Shown: piece after piece, positions 23,027 to 34,388 of the stretch
How the letters are laid out: each line of letters starts with the position of its first letter
How positions within the stretch are numbered: the first letter of the stretch is position 1
Virus record (IMG/VR): IMGVR_UViG_3300047157_000144
Source of the DNA: an uncultured virus (IMG/VR IMGVR_UViG_3300047157_000144)
Lineage: Duplodnaviria > Heunggongvirae > Uroviricota > Caudoviricetes
Length of the DNA: 64,000 bases
Reading direction: 5' to 3' (one strand)
Translations under genes and position numbers: made by a program
The notes under the pieces: model-generated
The model's input: the letters and a program-made list of their open reading frames with translations, nothing else
Database searches by the model: none
Told to the model about the DNA's origin: nothing

Positions 23027-24462
23027 ATGGCAGCAATAACTCCATCAGCGGGAGGCTCGTTGAACGCAACGCCAGCACCAGCTAAACAAACATTAGCGAC
23101 TAACTACCTATCATTTACAGGTGGTCATAACGATTGGTCTCAGCAATACTTACCAGATTTATACGAAGCAGAAGTTGAAAGATATGGAGACAGATCTATA
23201 GCTTCTTTCTTAAGAATGGTAGGTGCTGAAATGCCTATGACTTCTGATCAAGTAATTTGGTCTGAGCAAGGTAGACTACACTTACTTACTACAGGTGCAG
23301 CAGTAGCAACACCGGTGTAATTACAATCGCATCTTCAGGAACTCACGCATAAGAGTAGGTCAAACTAGTAAAATTAGCGAAAGGTAAACTTCTCCTACAG
23401 TAAGTTAAAGCATACGTTTCAGCAATAGCGCGGGACAACACAACTTAACAGCTTAAACCTTATACAGGTGGTGCAACAGTAAGCTACATCAGGTGATCTT
23501 TTACAACAGATGAATAGACAGCAACTTGTGACATTATTCGTGTATGGTTCTGAATTTGCAAAAGCTACTACAGGAATGACAGGTGCAGTAACACCATCTT
23601 TCAAGCTTCTTTACTAACAAACCAATTATAATTAAAGATAAGTATGAGGTTTCAGGATCTGACGCTTCTCAAATTGGTTGGGTTGAAGTAACAGGTGAAA
23701 ATGGACAATCAGGTTACTTATGGTATTTAAAAGCAGAAGGTGATACAAGAACAAGATTCGAGGATAACTTAGAAATGGCAATGATTGAAGGTGAACTAGC
23801 AGCATTAGCTGGTGGTGTGGACTCTCATCTACTAGGTACAGCTGGAGCAGAAGGCAGGAACTGAAGGTTTTTTGCAGCAATAACAGAAGAGGTCACGTTA
23901 CTACTGGTATTGATGGTACATCTCCAACAGATGACTTAGGTTCTTTTGACAACATTCTTAAGAAATTAGATGCTCAAGGTGCAATTGAAGAAAACATGTT
24001 ATTTATAAACAGAGATGTATCATTAGCATTGATGATATGCTAGCAACTCAAAATTCTTACGGAGCAGGTGGTACATCTTACGGTGTATTCTCTAACAGCG
24101 AAGATATGGCACTTAACTTAGGTTTCTCTGGTTTTAGAAGAGGTTCTTATGACTTCTACAAAACTGACTGGAAATACTTAAATGATATTCAACAAGAGGT
24201 ATATTGAAAACGACATAAGAGGTGTTGTACCAGCTGGTACATCTACTGTTTATGACCAAACACTTAGGTAAAAACATTAAAAGACCATTCTTACACGTCA
24301 GATATAGAGCTTCTGAAGCTGATGACAGAAAAATGAAATCTTGGACAACTGGTTCTGTAGGTGGTGCAACTCACTTCTGATCTAGATGCAATGGAGGTAC
24401 ACTATTTATCTGAAAGATGTTTAGTAGTACAAGGTGCTAATAACTTTATGTTATTAACTTAA
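23027..24462 (+). CDS. major capsid protein (many indels)
   Basis: QQYLPDLYEAEVERYG..SDQVIWSEQGRLH; PIIIKDKYEVSGSD; LNLGFSGFRRGSYDFYKTDWKYLND; HYLSERCLVVQGANNF; followed by a strong terminator. Confidence 0.8.
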
Positions 24463-24476
24463 TCCTTATTTAATAT

Positions 24477-24517
24477 GAGATTTCCCTGGCTTCGGCCGGG
24501 GATTCTTATATTTTTTT
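24477..24517 (+). terminator. Rho-independent terminator after the capsid gene
   Basis: GAGATTTCCCTGGC-TTCG-GCCGGGGATTCTT stem with UUCG loop, then a T run. Confidence 0.85.
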
Positions 24518-24538
24518 ATTATTTAATCTTATTATATT

Positions 24539-25293
24539 ATGGCAACAAAAGTAACAACACCCCTAAATGGGAGATTGAAAAAGATAGAACATACTATCTT
24601 CTTGGGTGGAAGGGTTTATCACCACTTACATACACAATTAAAAGTAAAAGTATATTTTGGTTTGACAAAGAAAAAGGCTTTGAAAGAGAACTAAAATACA
24701 CGGTAAACCAAAAAACTTGTTTCGTTGATGAATTTAAAGGCGATGCAAGACTTGGTCATATAGTTTTTGAAGATGGTATATTAAATGTACCAAAAGAAAA
24801 ACAAACTTTGCAAAAATTAATGTCATTATTTCACCCTCAAAGGGGTCAAATATTTGCAGAATTTGATGCAGAACAGGAAGCAGAAGATGATTTAGATATA
24901 CTAGAATTAGAAATTGAAGCTTTAATGGCAGCAAAATCAATGGATATTGATCAAGCAGAAGCTGTTATAAGGTCTGAGGTTGGATCTGAGGTATCTAAGA
25001 TGACTTCTAAGGAGATTAAAAGAGATTTATTACTATTTGCTAAGAATGAGCCACAACTCTTCTTAGAACTAGCTAATGACGATGATATTAATATTAGGAA
25101 TATGGCTTTAAAAGCCTCTGAACTTGGAATATTAAGATTATCTGAAGATCAAAGAACATTTAAGTGGGCAAAAACTGATAAGAAAATTATGACAGTTCCA
25201 TTTGATGAACATCCTTATTCCGCTTTTACAGCTTTCTTAAAAACAGATGAAGGCTTAGAAGTTTATAAATCAATTGAAAAAAGACTAAAATAA
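24539..25293 (+). CDS. structural/assembly protein (indels near the 5' end)
   Basis: ATG 24539 (MATKVTTP) merges into the long ORF ending at 25293. Confidence 0.6.
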
Positions 25294-25299
25294 AGTCTC

Positions 25300-25340
25300 A
25301 TTATAGTGATAGCCACTGTAATGGTGGCTATTATTATAAT
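25300..25340 (+). terminator. intergenic hairpin of about 17 bp (terminator or processing site)
   Basis: ATTATAGTGATAGCCAC...GTGGCTATTATTATAAT pairs with G-U on the plus transcript; no clear U tract. Confidence 0.5.
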
Positions 25341-25351
25341 AAATAAAAAAT

Positions 25352-26056
25352 ATGGCAGTTAGTATAGATACAGTATATCAAAGAGTATTAGCTATTCTTA
25401 ATAAAGAAAACCGTGGGTATGTAACACCACAAGAATTTAATTTGTTTGCAAATCAAGCACAGCTTGAAATATTCGAACAGTATTTCTTTGACTTAAATCA
25501 ATATGATAGATTACCAAAAAATGATACTGAGTACTCTAACTTTGCCAAAATTAATAAATGAAAAATTAAGTAAATTTAAAAAGTCAGCACAGTTATCATA
25601 TGACGGACTATTTTCATTTACCAACTGATTTACATAAATTAGGAACTGTAATATATAATAATACAACACCTGTTGAAGAAATTGATAAGAAAAATTTATT
25701 AGAATATCAATTATCAAAACTTACAGCACCTACAACTAGTAATCCCGTATATGCACAGAACATACAAATACTTCTAATCAGTATGGAGCATAATAGTTTA
25801 TCCTACTACTATAACTGCAAACATATCAATAACATATGTTAGAAAACCAAATGAAGTCACATGGAGCTTCTCAAACTGTTGTTGGTAATGCTTTATATAA
25901 TGCTAGTGCCTCTACTGATTTTGAACTTCACGCTCTGAAGAAACAAATCTTGTATTAAAAATATTGTTATATGCAGGAGTAAGTATTAAAGATCCTAATA
26001 TAGCTCAATTAGCAGATGCAAAAGAAACTAAAAAAATACAACAAGAAAAATCTTAA
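25352..26056 (+). CDS. tail ring/adaptor protein (indels)
   Basis: VYQRVLAILNKENRGYVTPQEFNLFANQAQLEIF...YVRKP..V.W...FELH.SEE. Confidence 0.65.
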
Positions 26057-26059
26057 TAA

Positions 26060-27148
26060 ATGGGACTAATAACACAAACAGCTAAAGAATACTACACAGT
26101 AGCGAATAATTTTACTGGTGACGGTTCGACAACGTTTACTGTTACGTTTGACCCATTGCCACAATAGAAAATGAATTTATAGTATTTCAAGGGGGAAATG
26201 AAATTGATGATGACCAATAGCTATAATTCTAGCACAGGAGTAAAATAACATTTACAACTGCTCCAGGCTAATGGAACAGCAATACAAGTTAAGTTAAAAA
26301 ACATAAAGCATGGTAGCTACAGATATATTGCTTTAAATGATATTGTAAATAACTTTATGGTTTCATATGTAGGAGATGGTAAGATTATTGATAATGCAAG
26401 AAAACTTGATGTATTGTTTCATACTAAAAGAGCAATACAAGAGTTTAGCTATGATGTAAGTCAAGAGTTGAAAAAATACAGGAAATAGAAGTGGGAGCAT
26501 CACTTACAATACCAATGCCACAAGATTATGTTAATTATACACAATTAGCATGGATAGACGGAGATGGATTAGAAAGAGTAATATATCCTTCAAAGATAAC
26601 TTCAAGACCATCACAGGCAATACTGCAAGATGATACAGCTGAATACTTATATGATAATGACGAAACATTATTAACAGCTACATCCTTAACTACAGAAAAA
26701 TTTAAAAATGTACCAACTACAGAATTAAATGCTCGATTACTTTTATTCAGACAATGATAGAAATGCAATGCTTGGTGAAGGTAAAAGATTTGGTATAGAC
26801 CCAGAAACTACACAAATAAACGGTGTATTTATAATAGATGAAGCAAACGGTCAGTTTGGATTCAGTAGCAATTTAGCAGGAAAAGTCATAACATTAAAAT
26901 ATGTTTCAGATGGACTTGGTACTGATAATGAAATGCAAATACATAAATTAGCTGAAGAAGCAATATATAAATACATGTAGCTCATGCTAGTACTATCTGC
27001 AAAAGCAAACATTCCAGAATACATAGTAAATAGATTTAGAAGAGAAAGAAGAGCAGCAATGCGTAATGCTAAATTAAGATTATCTAACCTTAAATTAAAA
27101 GAGCTTACTCAGGTAATGAGAGGCAAGTCTAAGCAGATTAAACATTAA
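26060..27148 (+). CDS. second tail ring/structural protein (indels)
   Basis: Fragments LFHTKRAIQEFSYD, PQDYVNY, LKYVSDGLG..IHKLAEEAIYKY, RNAKLRLSNLK. Confidence 0.6.
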
Positions 27149-27151
27149 TAC

Positions 27152-30100
27152 ATGCCAGAAATAAAAAAGGTTTTCCTTACGGGGAAGAATGAATCAGACC
27201 TCGATGAGAGATTAATCCCAGACGGTGAGTATAGAGATGCTTCAAATATACAGGTATCTAGTACAGAAGGTAGTGATGCTGGAACTGTACAAAATATATT
27301 AGGTAATGAAAAATTAACAGGTATTACTATATTGGAAGATTTTTTAATTTTTACAGATAACAATTCTGAACCTAAAATTATTGATATTTCTAAAGATTCA
27401 ATATTTATAGCAGGCTCTACAGATTTTACAACAACTACTCAAGTTAACGGGGTTGGCTTTATTGAGTCAGATGTAACAGTTATAAAAAAATCACCTTTAA
27501 ATGCGCCCGGGGTTGCTTTTAATCTTGGTTGGGGTTCTGGGGAATTTGGAGTAGTCCGCCCCGCTTTAGCAATACATAGGGAAAGGTTTGTAAGATTTGC
27601 TTATAGATGGAAATTTACTAATGGGCAATATTCTACTTATTCACCATTTACTGATCCAGTATTTATTCCATCTGCAACTCAATCATACGACACAGCGGAA
27701 GGTTTTAATGACGATATGTTTAACCACTTAACATCTGTAAAACTTGTAAATATTGAGCATGGTAAAAACATATCTGGTGACGAAGAGGTCGTAAATAATA
27801 TTAAATCTATAGACATATTATATAAAGAATCAAATAATACAAATATTTATTTATATAAAACTGTTAAACACGAAGATATTATTGATAAATGGGAAACCGG
27901 TATTGATGTTTCAAAAGAAAGTAAAAAAACCGTTATACCGGACGATCAATTGTTTAGAGCATACGACAATGTACCCCATAAGGCTAAAGCTGTAGATGTA
28001 GTTGGTAGCAGAATAGTATTTGGTAATTATGAAGACGGTTTAAATTTAGATGCTTATAATCCTGAATTTAATGTTACATTAAAGGATAGAGAAAATCTTA
28101 ATTCAGAAAGCACTAGAGAATATTTAAACGCGGCTGGTGATGGCGCTATAGGAGCAACAACAATAGCTAATATAAAAGATACAGCCACTATAAAGAGTGG
28201 TAGAGAATATCAAGTGGGAGTTGTTTTCCAGGATGAATATGGTAGAAAATCACCGGTATTAACAAATGAAACGGGATATAAAAAAGTTCAATATCATACT
28301 GGAATTTTTGATACTACTGCTAATGATCCTAACTATGGTAAAAAGTTTAATGTAAAAAATACAAGTGAAATCCCATTAGCCGCATATAAAAATGAAGATA
28401 TAGAGGAAGAAGCAGGAAGCGGTAGAATTAAAAAATTTAGGTATTATATTAAAAGCTCATCAAACGAATATAATAATATAATAGTTCAGGAAGCTAAATT
28501 TGATGCAGAAGACACGGAGACGCTATGGTTAGTAGTATCTTCTTATGAAATAAATAAAGTACAAGAAGGAGATTATTTGTTGCTTAAAAAAGGTAAAAAT
28601 AGTCAAACCCCTTTAAACAGTAATAATCTTTTTAATCCATCTGAAACACTTTATCATGAAGAGGACTTTAAAGTAAAAATATTAGCAATATCAGATGAAA
28701 AGCCTCAAAATATTGACACAGAATTAAATTATGACGGTAAATTTTTTATAAAAATAAAAAGAAATGCTAAAGTTATAGCTCATTTACATAATATATCAGG
28801 CCAAGCGGGCATAAGTGGTATAATTCCAGGAGATAGATTTAGAAAAATTGAAGCAACTGAAGATAATCCATTGGCACTTATTATAGGGGGAGTGTTTTTA
28901 GGCGAGGTTCAAGTACCTTATGGTTCAGGATTTTATCAAATGAAAAAATATTACTTTAAAGACGGAGAAATTATACATCATTTAGGAGTACCACTAAACC
29001 CTACGTACTTTCCTAACATACCACCAGACACTTTTACAAATAGTAATTTTTCGCCAACTGGAAGTGTAGGATCTTTTGTTGATCTAGCTAATGTTGCTAA
29101 CGCCGCTACCACCGCTGCTAAAGATTTAGCTTCTACCCCTTTTGTTGATATTACGGGGCAGGTTAATAAAATTGAAGTAAAGTATAATGCAGATGGATTT
29201 CCAACTGATTTTAAAATTACTTATGTTGGTAGTAGCGGGTCGGCTGCTGCAGAGTCCCCAGCTATTTTTGAAACAATTCCAAAAGGAGATGTTTTAGATG
29301 TTTACTATGAAACAACAAAAGCTTATGATATTGATCAGTGGAAAAATTCGCAGGGGTTTGATTTAAGTTTTCATAATGCTTTTACAATGCGAAACGGTGT
29401 AGAGTCCAACCTCATAGGTGATGATTTTAATGAAGATAGAATAAGCAATGGAGTAAAAGTGTCTACAATTATAGAAAGTGAATACAACGAAAGAGTTAAA
29501 GAATCATCATTAATATACTCAGGAATATTTAATGATGAAACAGATGTAAATAAATTAAATGAGTTTAATACTGGTTTAAAAATAACAAAAGAATTAAATC
29601 CTGAATATGGTAGTATACAAAAATTACATACAAGAAACACGGATTTAATAGCTTTATGTGAAGATAAGGTCCTTAAAATATTAGCTAATAAAGACGCTTT
29701 ATTTAACGCGGATGGTAATGCAAATTTAGTATCTAATAAAAACGTATTAGGGCAAGCAGTGGCTTACAATGGTGATTATGGAATATCAAAAAATCCAGAA
29801 TCATTTGCAAATCACGGCTATAGATCGTATTTTACAGATAAAGCAAGAGGAGCTGTAGTAAGACTTTCAAAAGATGGTTTAACAATCATATCTGATAAAG
29901 GTATGTCTTCGTATTTTAGAGAAAAATTATTAGCAGAAAATGATAATATTATTGGTAGCTATGATATTTATTCAGATCAATATATATTAACTTTACCTAC
30001 AGATAATACTTCAATTAGTTTTAAAGAAGATGTAGATGGATGGGTTTCTAGACTAGATTTTATTCCAGATGGAGGGGTTTCTTTAAATGGTAATTATTAT

Positions 30101-33100
30101 ACTTGTTATTTAGGTGAATTATACAGACACCATGCAAACTTAAATAGAAATGTATTCTACGGTCTTGAAAAAACTTCTGGTATAAAATTAATATTTAATC
30201 AAGAAGCTTCTACAATTAAAAACTTTAAAAATTTAATTTATGAAGGAACTACTGGTTGGACTGTAGGCTCTGATGAAATAATCACAGATCAACAAAAAGG
30301 ACAAGTTTTAGAATTTAAAGAAAAAGAAGGTAAGTATTTTGGGTTAGTATCAGGTATAAAAGAAGATATTGATAGTGTTTCTTCTGCTGAGCAAGAAGAT
30401 GTGATTAAAGATTTTTCAGTACAAGGTTTAGGTAATATATCATCGCATAGTGGGACAATAACATTTGGTTGTGCTAATACTGGATTAGCTATAAACAGTG
30501 GTGTAGTGGGGCAGCCTATAACAGGAACAGTTACATCAGGGACTATAGTTAGTATTGTAAATAAATTGAGCACACCAACAAATGTGTATCTTACAGGAAC
30601 TAATTCTTATGATGCTACAATAACAGTACCATCTGGATATGATAATTCAGGTACTACTATTTCTTGTTCTGATTTAGCTGGTGCAACTAGTGCGGCATTT
30701 ACTTGCCTTGACGCCGTGTTAAATATTCCAGATGGAGTAGTGGGCACTAATGTTAGCGGTACAACACTAGCAGGAACAATAGCATCATACAACCCTACAA
30801 CATATTCTTCAGACCCAAACACAGTATATAAAGCAACTATAAATATACCTTCGGGATATACAAACTCTGGAACAATAGAATGTTCTAGTTTTATTGTTAG
30901 ATCATCTCCTCCTAGTTGTGCATTTTCTTTAGCAACGAATAATACTTATGCAAATGGTGGCACAACAATAACCGGAACATTTAGCGGAACTAATTATACA
31001 GGATCTGATGCAATAGCATTAACGGTTAATAGCGGAACAATATCCCCAACTACTACAACAAAATCAGCATTAGCTTCAGGATTAACCGTAACTTTAAGTG
31101 AGGGTGTTACGATAACAGCTGCTATAACAAGTGGATTATGTAATACAACACCTCTAACGCAAGCGACAGCGACTGCTCCACAAGCAGCAACAGTTGTTAT
31201 AAATGGTTCAGGAGCTGCATTTACTTATGATAATATAACCTTAACAGCTAGTACAACGGGAGCTGTAACATCATATCAATGGTACAAAGGTACAAGTTCT
31301 AGTTTTACAGTTAATTCAAGTAGTTTAATAGCTGGTGCTACTAGCGCAACTTTAACAACTTCAGAAACATCTGCGGCTACTAAATATTATAAAGTAAAAA
31401 TAAATGGTTCTACAGATTCAGTAGCGCATGCGGTTGTGTATAGCAATAGACCGTCGTTTACATTAAAATTTGTATCAGGTAATTCTGCAACTCAAGGAGC
31501 GTGTAGCTCAAGCACAACAAAAACAATTTTTGCTAATAGTGCTTCTTTCACAGGCGCAACAGAGTTTTATAAAAATATACAAGGGAGCACAACTGGATTT
31601 GAAAAAGGAACATACTCTAATTCAACAAACGGAACAAATAACCATCATAGATTTATAAGCTCAGGAGGTGTGCCATCATCAGCAAATTCTTGTTCGACTG
31701 GTAGTCAAGGTATAAGAGCCTCTAAATGTAATAACTCAAGTTTTGACAGGCATTTTAATGTAGATTTAGATGGAGGTAACACATTATCAAATGGCAGCGT
31801 AATTAGTTTTACAACTCAACAAGAAAACAATGATTACTGGAAAGTAGAAGATGCAACATATTCAGGCAGTAATTTTGACGCTTCGCCAACATTAGCTAAT
31901 ACTCATAATAGTTGTACATTGATGCTAACGCCTACAGTTAACGTTACATCTCCTGTTTCAACTTCCTTTATTTATAATAACACAAGTTTAAGGGAATATG
32001 AATTATCTGCAGCCTCAAGATCTAATGAACCGCAAGGAGTAACGCCCACATTTCAATGGAAAGGTGGAACCGCTGCTAATAGCTTAAGTAATATTTCAGG
32101 CGCAACTAGTGAAAAATTAACTGTTAAATTTGATACAGTTAGTAATTCAGCTGGTCAAACAACATATTATAATTGTGTTGTTACTTATACTGAAAGTGGC
32201 AATACTAAAACAGCAACTGATGCAACACCTGTTAGTATAAGATGGGATAATTTTCCGCAATACACATTAAACTATGTTAATGCTGGATCTGCAACAAGTC
32301 CTAGTTCATCAGCTTGTACAAATACAAGTAATCAAAAAACTTTATATGGTAATAGTATAGCAGGTTTAAATACAACAACACAATTTTACAGCAATCTAAA
32401 CGGCACAACAAGTGGTATTTCAGCTGGTACATATTCTAATGGCACAATAAAAGCATACATAAATGACGAGGGACCTCTTGCAATAGGTGGGTGGCAAAGT
32501 TGTAGTAATTTTGAAATATCAGGGGCCTCTTCAGGTAGTTCTTATTCAACTATTGTTTTAACAGCGGTACAATCAGGATTTAGCGGTACTCAATTTGTAT
32601 GGACAGCAAATGGAACGCAAGTACAGACAGGCGGTAGCAATCAGTTATCAGCTCAGGTAACAACTACTTTTGAAGGTAATGTTATATATAGATGTACTGT
32701 ATCGGGAGGAACAACACCAAGTGGTATTACAAATCCAGCTGCAAAAACAGTAGCATGGTCTATACCAACTCAAAAAGTAACTGCCCGACTTTGTCCAGCA
32801 GGTGTGACTCATAATTTTAATATTACAAACGCAGACGGGTACCAAGTTAATCAAGTTATTAATTTAACAGGGGGTGGGTTTACAGATGGGTGTTATAAAG
32901 TAACTAATGCTAATTATACTGGAACTGATAATGTTTTAAGTGCTCAGGTTACAGGCTCATTCCCATTCCAACCATTTTCAGATTGTTGTGCTTGTACTGG
33001 ATGTAGTGTTTCTGTTAGTGGTGTAACATCAAAAGCAGTAGATGCAACTACAACATTAACAGCTTCACCTTCAGGGTTTACCCCAACAGGCTATCAATGG

Positions 33101-34036
33101 CAATCGTCTACAGATGATGAAACCTTTAACGATATACCAGATGAAACATCTTCAACTGTAGATGTAACATCAGGTTCGGGTGGTTTTATTTATTATAGAG
33201 TTATAGCAACAGCATCGGGTATTAGTAAAACCTCAGATTCTCATTTTATATTTTGGCAAGCAAATAATTCTCAAGAAAGATTTTATAATGCTCAGGCACT
33301 TCAATCTGATTGTACTGATGATGATGAAGTAATAACTGTAAGATATACAAGTATACCTGTACTTACTAATGGTACAATATTTGAATTAGGGACAACTACA
33401 GTAACATGTTATGAAATTACTGGGACTACTACAGGTAACCAAAGTGATTCTGAAATAGTTGAGTTTCATAATAGTTGTACAGCTTGTCAAACTGCAAATT
33501 CTGCTGATTGTAGTTTTTCTTTAAGTACAATAGGGAATTATAACAGTAGTGCAGGAACGCAAGTTGTAAGAGGTACATTTGGTTCTGGCCATACAGGAAC
33601 ATCATCTATAAGCTTTACTGTAAATTCAGGCACTGTAAGCCCAACAAGCGCTACTAAATCACAATTGCAAAGTGGATTTACATTAACACTTTCAGCAGGT
33701 GCTACTCTTACGGGGACAATAAATAGTACAGATCCTTGTACAGGAGATATAGCTCAAGTATCAATTCCGCAAGCTTCATGTAACAGTGTGCAAGCGTTTT
33801 ATACAACTAGTAATCCAGAAACAGATGAAGATGCTGCAGCTGATTTATGTGGAGGAGGAAATGCAAGAACATTATATATCAACGGAACTACTCTTGCAAA
33901 CTCAACACAAATATATACAGCGGCGGGTTGTGGAACATTAATGTCAGGAACAAAATATTATTCAACAGATGAACAGTATTATCATATTTGGAATGGGTAT
34001 TCGTTGTCGGGTGCTAATCTTATTGATTGTCCATAA
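27152..34036 (+). CDS. tail stabilisation/nozzle-like protein with a long Cys/Thr-rich C-terminal extension
   Basis: DLDERLIPDGEYRDASNIQV, RFAYRWKF, RIVFGNY, GDYGISKNPESFA, FKEKEGKYF; the last ~1200 aa are T/S/G/C-rich with YQW Ig-like modules. Confidence 0.7.
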   Translation: MPEIKKVFLTGKNESDLDERLIPDGEYRDASNIQVSSTEGSDAGTVQNILGNEKLTGITILEDFLIFTDNNSEPKIIDISKDSIFIAGSTDFTTTTQVNGVGFIESDVTVIKKSPLNAPGVAFNLGWGSGEFGVVRPALAIHRERFVRFAYRWKFTNGQYSTYSPFTDPVFIPSATQSYDTAEGFNDDMFNHLTSVKLVNIEHGKNISGDEEVVNNIKSIDILYKESNNTNIYLYKTVKHEDIIDKWETGIDVSKESKKTVIPDDQLFRAYDNVPHKAKAVDVVGSRIVFGNYEDGLNLDAYNPEFNVTLKDRENLNSESTREYLNAAGDGAIGATTIANIKDTATIKSGREYQVGVVFQDEYGRKSPVLTNETGYKKVQYHTGIFDTTANDPNYGKKFNVKNTSEIPLAAYKNEDIEEEAGSGRIKKFRYYIKSSSNEYNNIIVQEAKFDAEDTETLWLVVSSYEINKVQEGDYLLLKKGKNSQTPLNSNNLFNPSETLYHEEDFKVKILAISDEKPQNIDTELNYDGKFFIKIKRNAKVIAHLHNISGQAGISGIIPGDRFRKIEATEDNPLALIIGGVFLGEVQVPYGSGFYQMKKYYFKDGEIIHHLGVPLNPTYFPNIPPDTFTNSNFSPTGSVGSFVDLANVANAATTAAKDLASTPFVDITGQVNKIEVKYNADGFPTDFKITYVGSSGSAAAESPAIFETIPKGDVLDVYYETTKAYDIDQWKNSQGFDLSFHNAFTMRNGVESNLIGDDFNEDRISNGVKVSTIIESEYNERVKESSLIYSGIFNDETDVNKLNEFNTGLKITKELNPEYGSIQKLHTRNTDLIALCEDKVLKILANKDALFNADGNANLVSNKNVLGQAVAYNGDYGISKNPESFANHGYRSYFTDKARGAVVRLSKDGLTIISDKGMSSYFREKLLAENDNIIGSYDIYSDQYILTLPTDNTSISFKEDVDGWVSRLDFIPDGGVSLNGNYYTCYLGELYRHHANLNRNVFYGLEKTSGIKLIFNQEASTIKNFKNLIYEGTTGWTVGSDEIITDQQKGQVLEFKEKEGKYFGLVSGIKEDIDSVSSAEQEDVIKDFSVQGLGNISSHSGTITFGCANTGLAINSGVVGQPITGTVTSGTIVSIVNKLSTPTNVYLTGTNSYDATITVPSGYDNSGTTISCSDLAGATSAAFTCLDAVLNIPDGVVGTNVSGTTLAGTIASYNPTTYSSDPNTVYKATINIPSGYTNSGTIECSSFIVRSSPPSCAFSLATNNTYANGGTTITGTFSGTNYTGSDAIALTVNSGTISPTTTTKSALASGLTVTLSEGVTITAAITSGLCNTTPLTQATATAPQAATVVINGSGAAFTYDNITLTASTTGAVTSYQWYKGTSSSFTVNSSSLIAGATSATLTTSETSAATKYYKVKINGSTDSVAHAVVYSNRPSFTLKFVSGNSATQGACSSSTTKTIFANSASFTGATEFYKNIQGSTTGFEKGTYSNSTNGTNNHHRFISSGGVPSSANSCSTGSQGIRASKCNNSSFDRHFNVDLDGGNTLSNGSVISFTTQQENNDYWKVEDATYSGSNFDASPTLANTHNSCTLMLTPTVNVTSPVSTSFIYNNTSLREYELSAASRSNEPQGVTPTFQWKGGTAANSLSNISGATSEKLTVKFDTVSNSAGQTTYYNCVVTYTESGNTKTATDATPVSIRWDNFPQYTLNYVNAGSATSPSSSACTNTSNQKTLYGNSIAGLNTTTQFYSNLNGTTSGISAGTYSNGTIKAYINDEGPLAIGGWQSCSNFEISGASSGSSYSTIVLTAVQSGFSGTQFVWTANGTQVQTGGSNQLSAQVTTTFEGNVIYRCTVSGGTTPSGITNPAAKTVAWSIPTQKVTARLCPAGVTHNFNITNADGYQVNQVINLTGGGFTDGCYKVTNANYTGTDNVLSAQVTGSFPFQPFSDCCACTGCSVSVSGVTSKAVDATTTLTASPSGFTPTGYQWQSSTDDETFNDIPDETSSTVDVTSGSGGFIYYRVIATASGISKTSDSHFIFWQANNSQERFYNAQALQSDCTDDDEVITVRYTSIPVLTNGTIFELGTTTVTCYEITGTTTGNQSDSEIVEFHNSCTACQTANSADCSFSLSTIGNYNSSAGTQVVRGTFGSGHTGTSSISFTVNSGTVSPTSATKSQLQSGFTLTLSAGATLTGTINSTDPCTGDIAQVSIPQASCNSVQAFYTTSNPETDEDAAADLCGGGNARTLYINGTTLANSTQIYTAAGCGTLMSGTKYYSTDEQYYHIWNGYSLSGANLIDCP

Positions 34037-34056
34037 AAACGTGTAATAATAAGAAT

Positions 34057-34386
34057 ATGAGCTTAATAACGTTACAAACAACATTTACAAAAAATACATC
34101 ACTTCAAGTTGGTGATATAATATATTTTTTAGATACATCAGGAAGTTCTGATGCGGTTAGAAAGATTGGACCAGTCCAAACTATAGCGGATGATTATATA
34201 GTTTGTAATGCAACTGGTAATTTATCAGGATTAACCCAAACAAGTTATATATTCTTTGGAAAAGATAATTCTAAAAACACATCGGGTATAATAGGGTATT
34301 ATGCAGAAGTAAATTTAAACAACAACTCAAAAAATCACGCAGAGTTATTCGCGGTAAACTCAGAAATATTTATAAGCAGTAATTAA
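34057..34386 (+). CDS. small tail-associated protein
   Basis: SLQVGDIIYF...GIIGYYAEV..N.S..AELFAVNSE. Confidence 0.55.
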   Translation: MSLITLQTTFTKNTSLQVGDIIYFLDTSGSSDAVRKIGPVQTIADDYIVCNATGNLSGLTQTSYIFFGKDNSKNTSGIIGYYAEVNLNNNSKNHAELFAVNSEIFISSN

Positions 34387-34388
34387 TC

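Noticed and set aside
24475..24538. Track start MRFPWLRPG for ORF 24475-25293
   Set aside because: It runs through the capsid terminator hairpin; ATG 24539 with a downstream indel is more plausible.
18850..27200. Dense frameshifts in terL, portal, scaffold, capsid and ring genes, read as pseudogenes or programmed frameshifts
   Set aside because: They are scattered 1-nt indels, often at homopolymers, in essential genes whose motifs are intact. An unpolished long-read consensus explains them best, as it does the breaks near 1487, 6590 and 8127. Raw reads would settle it.
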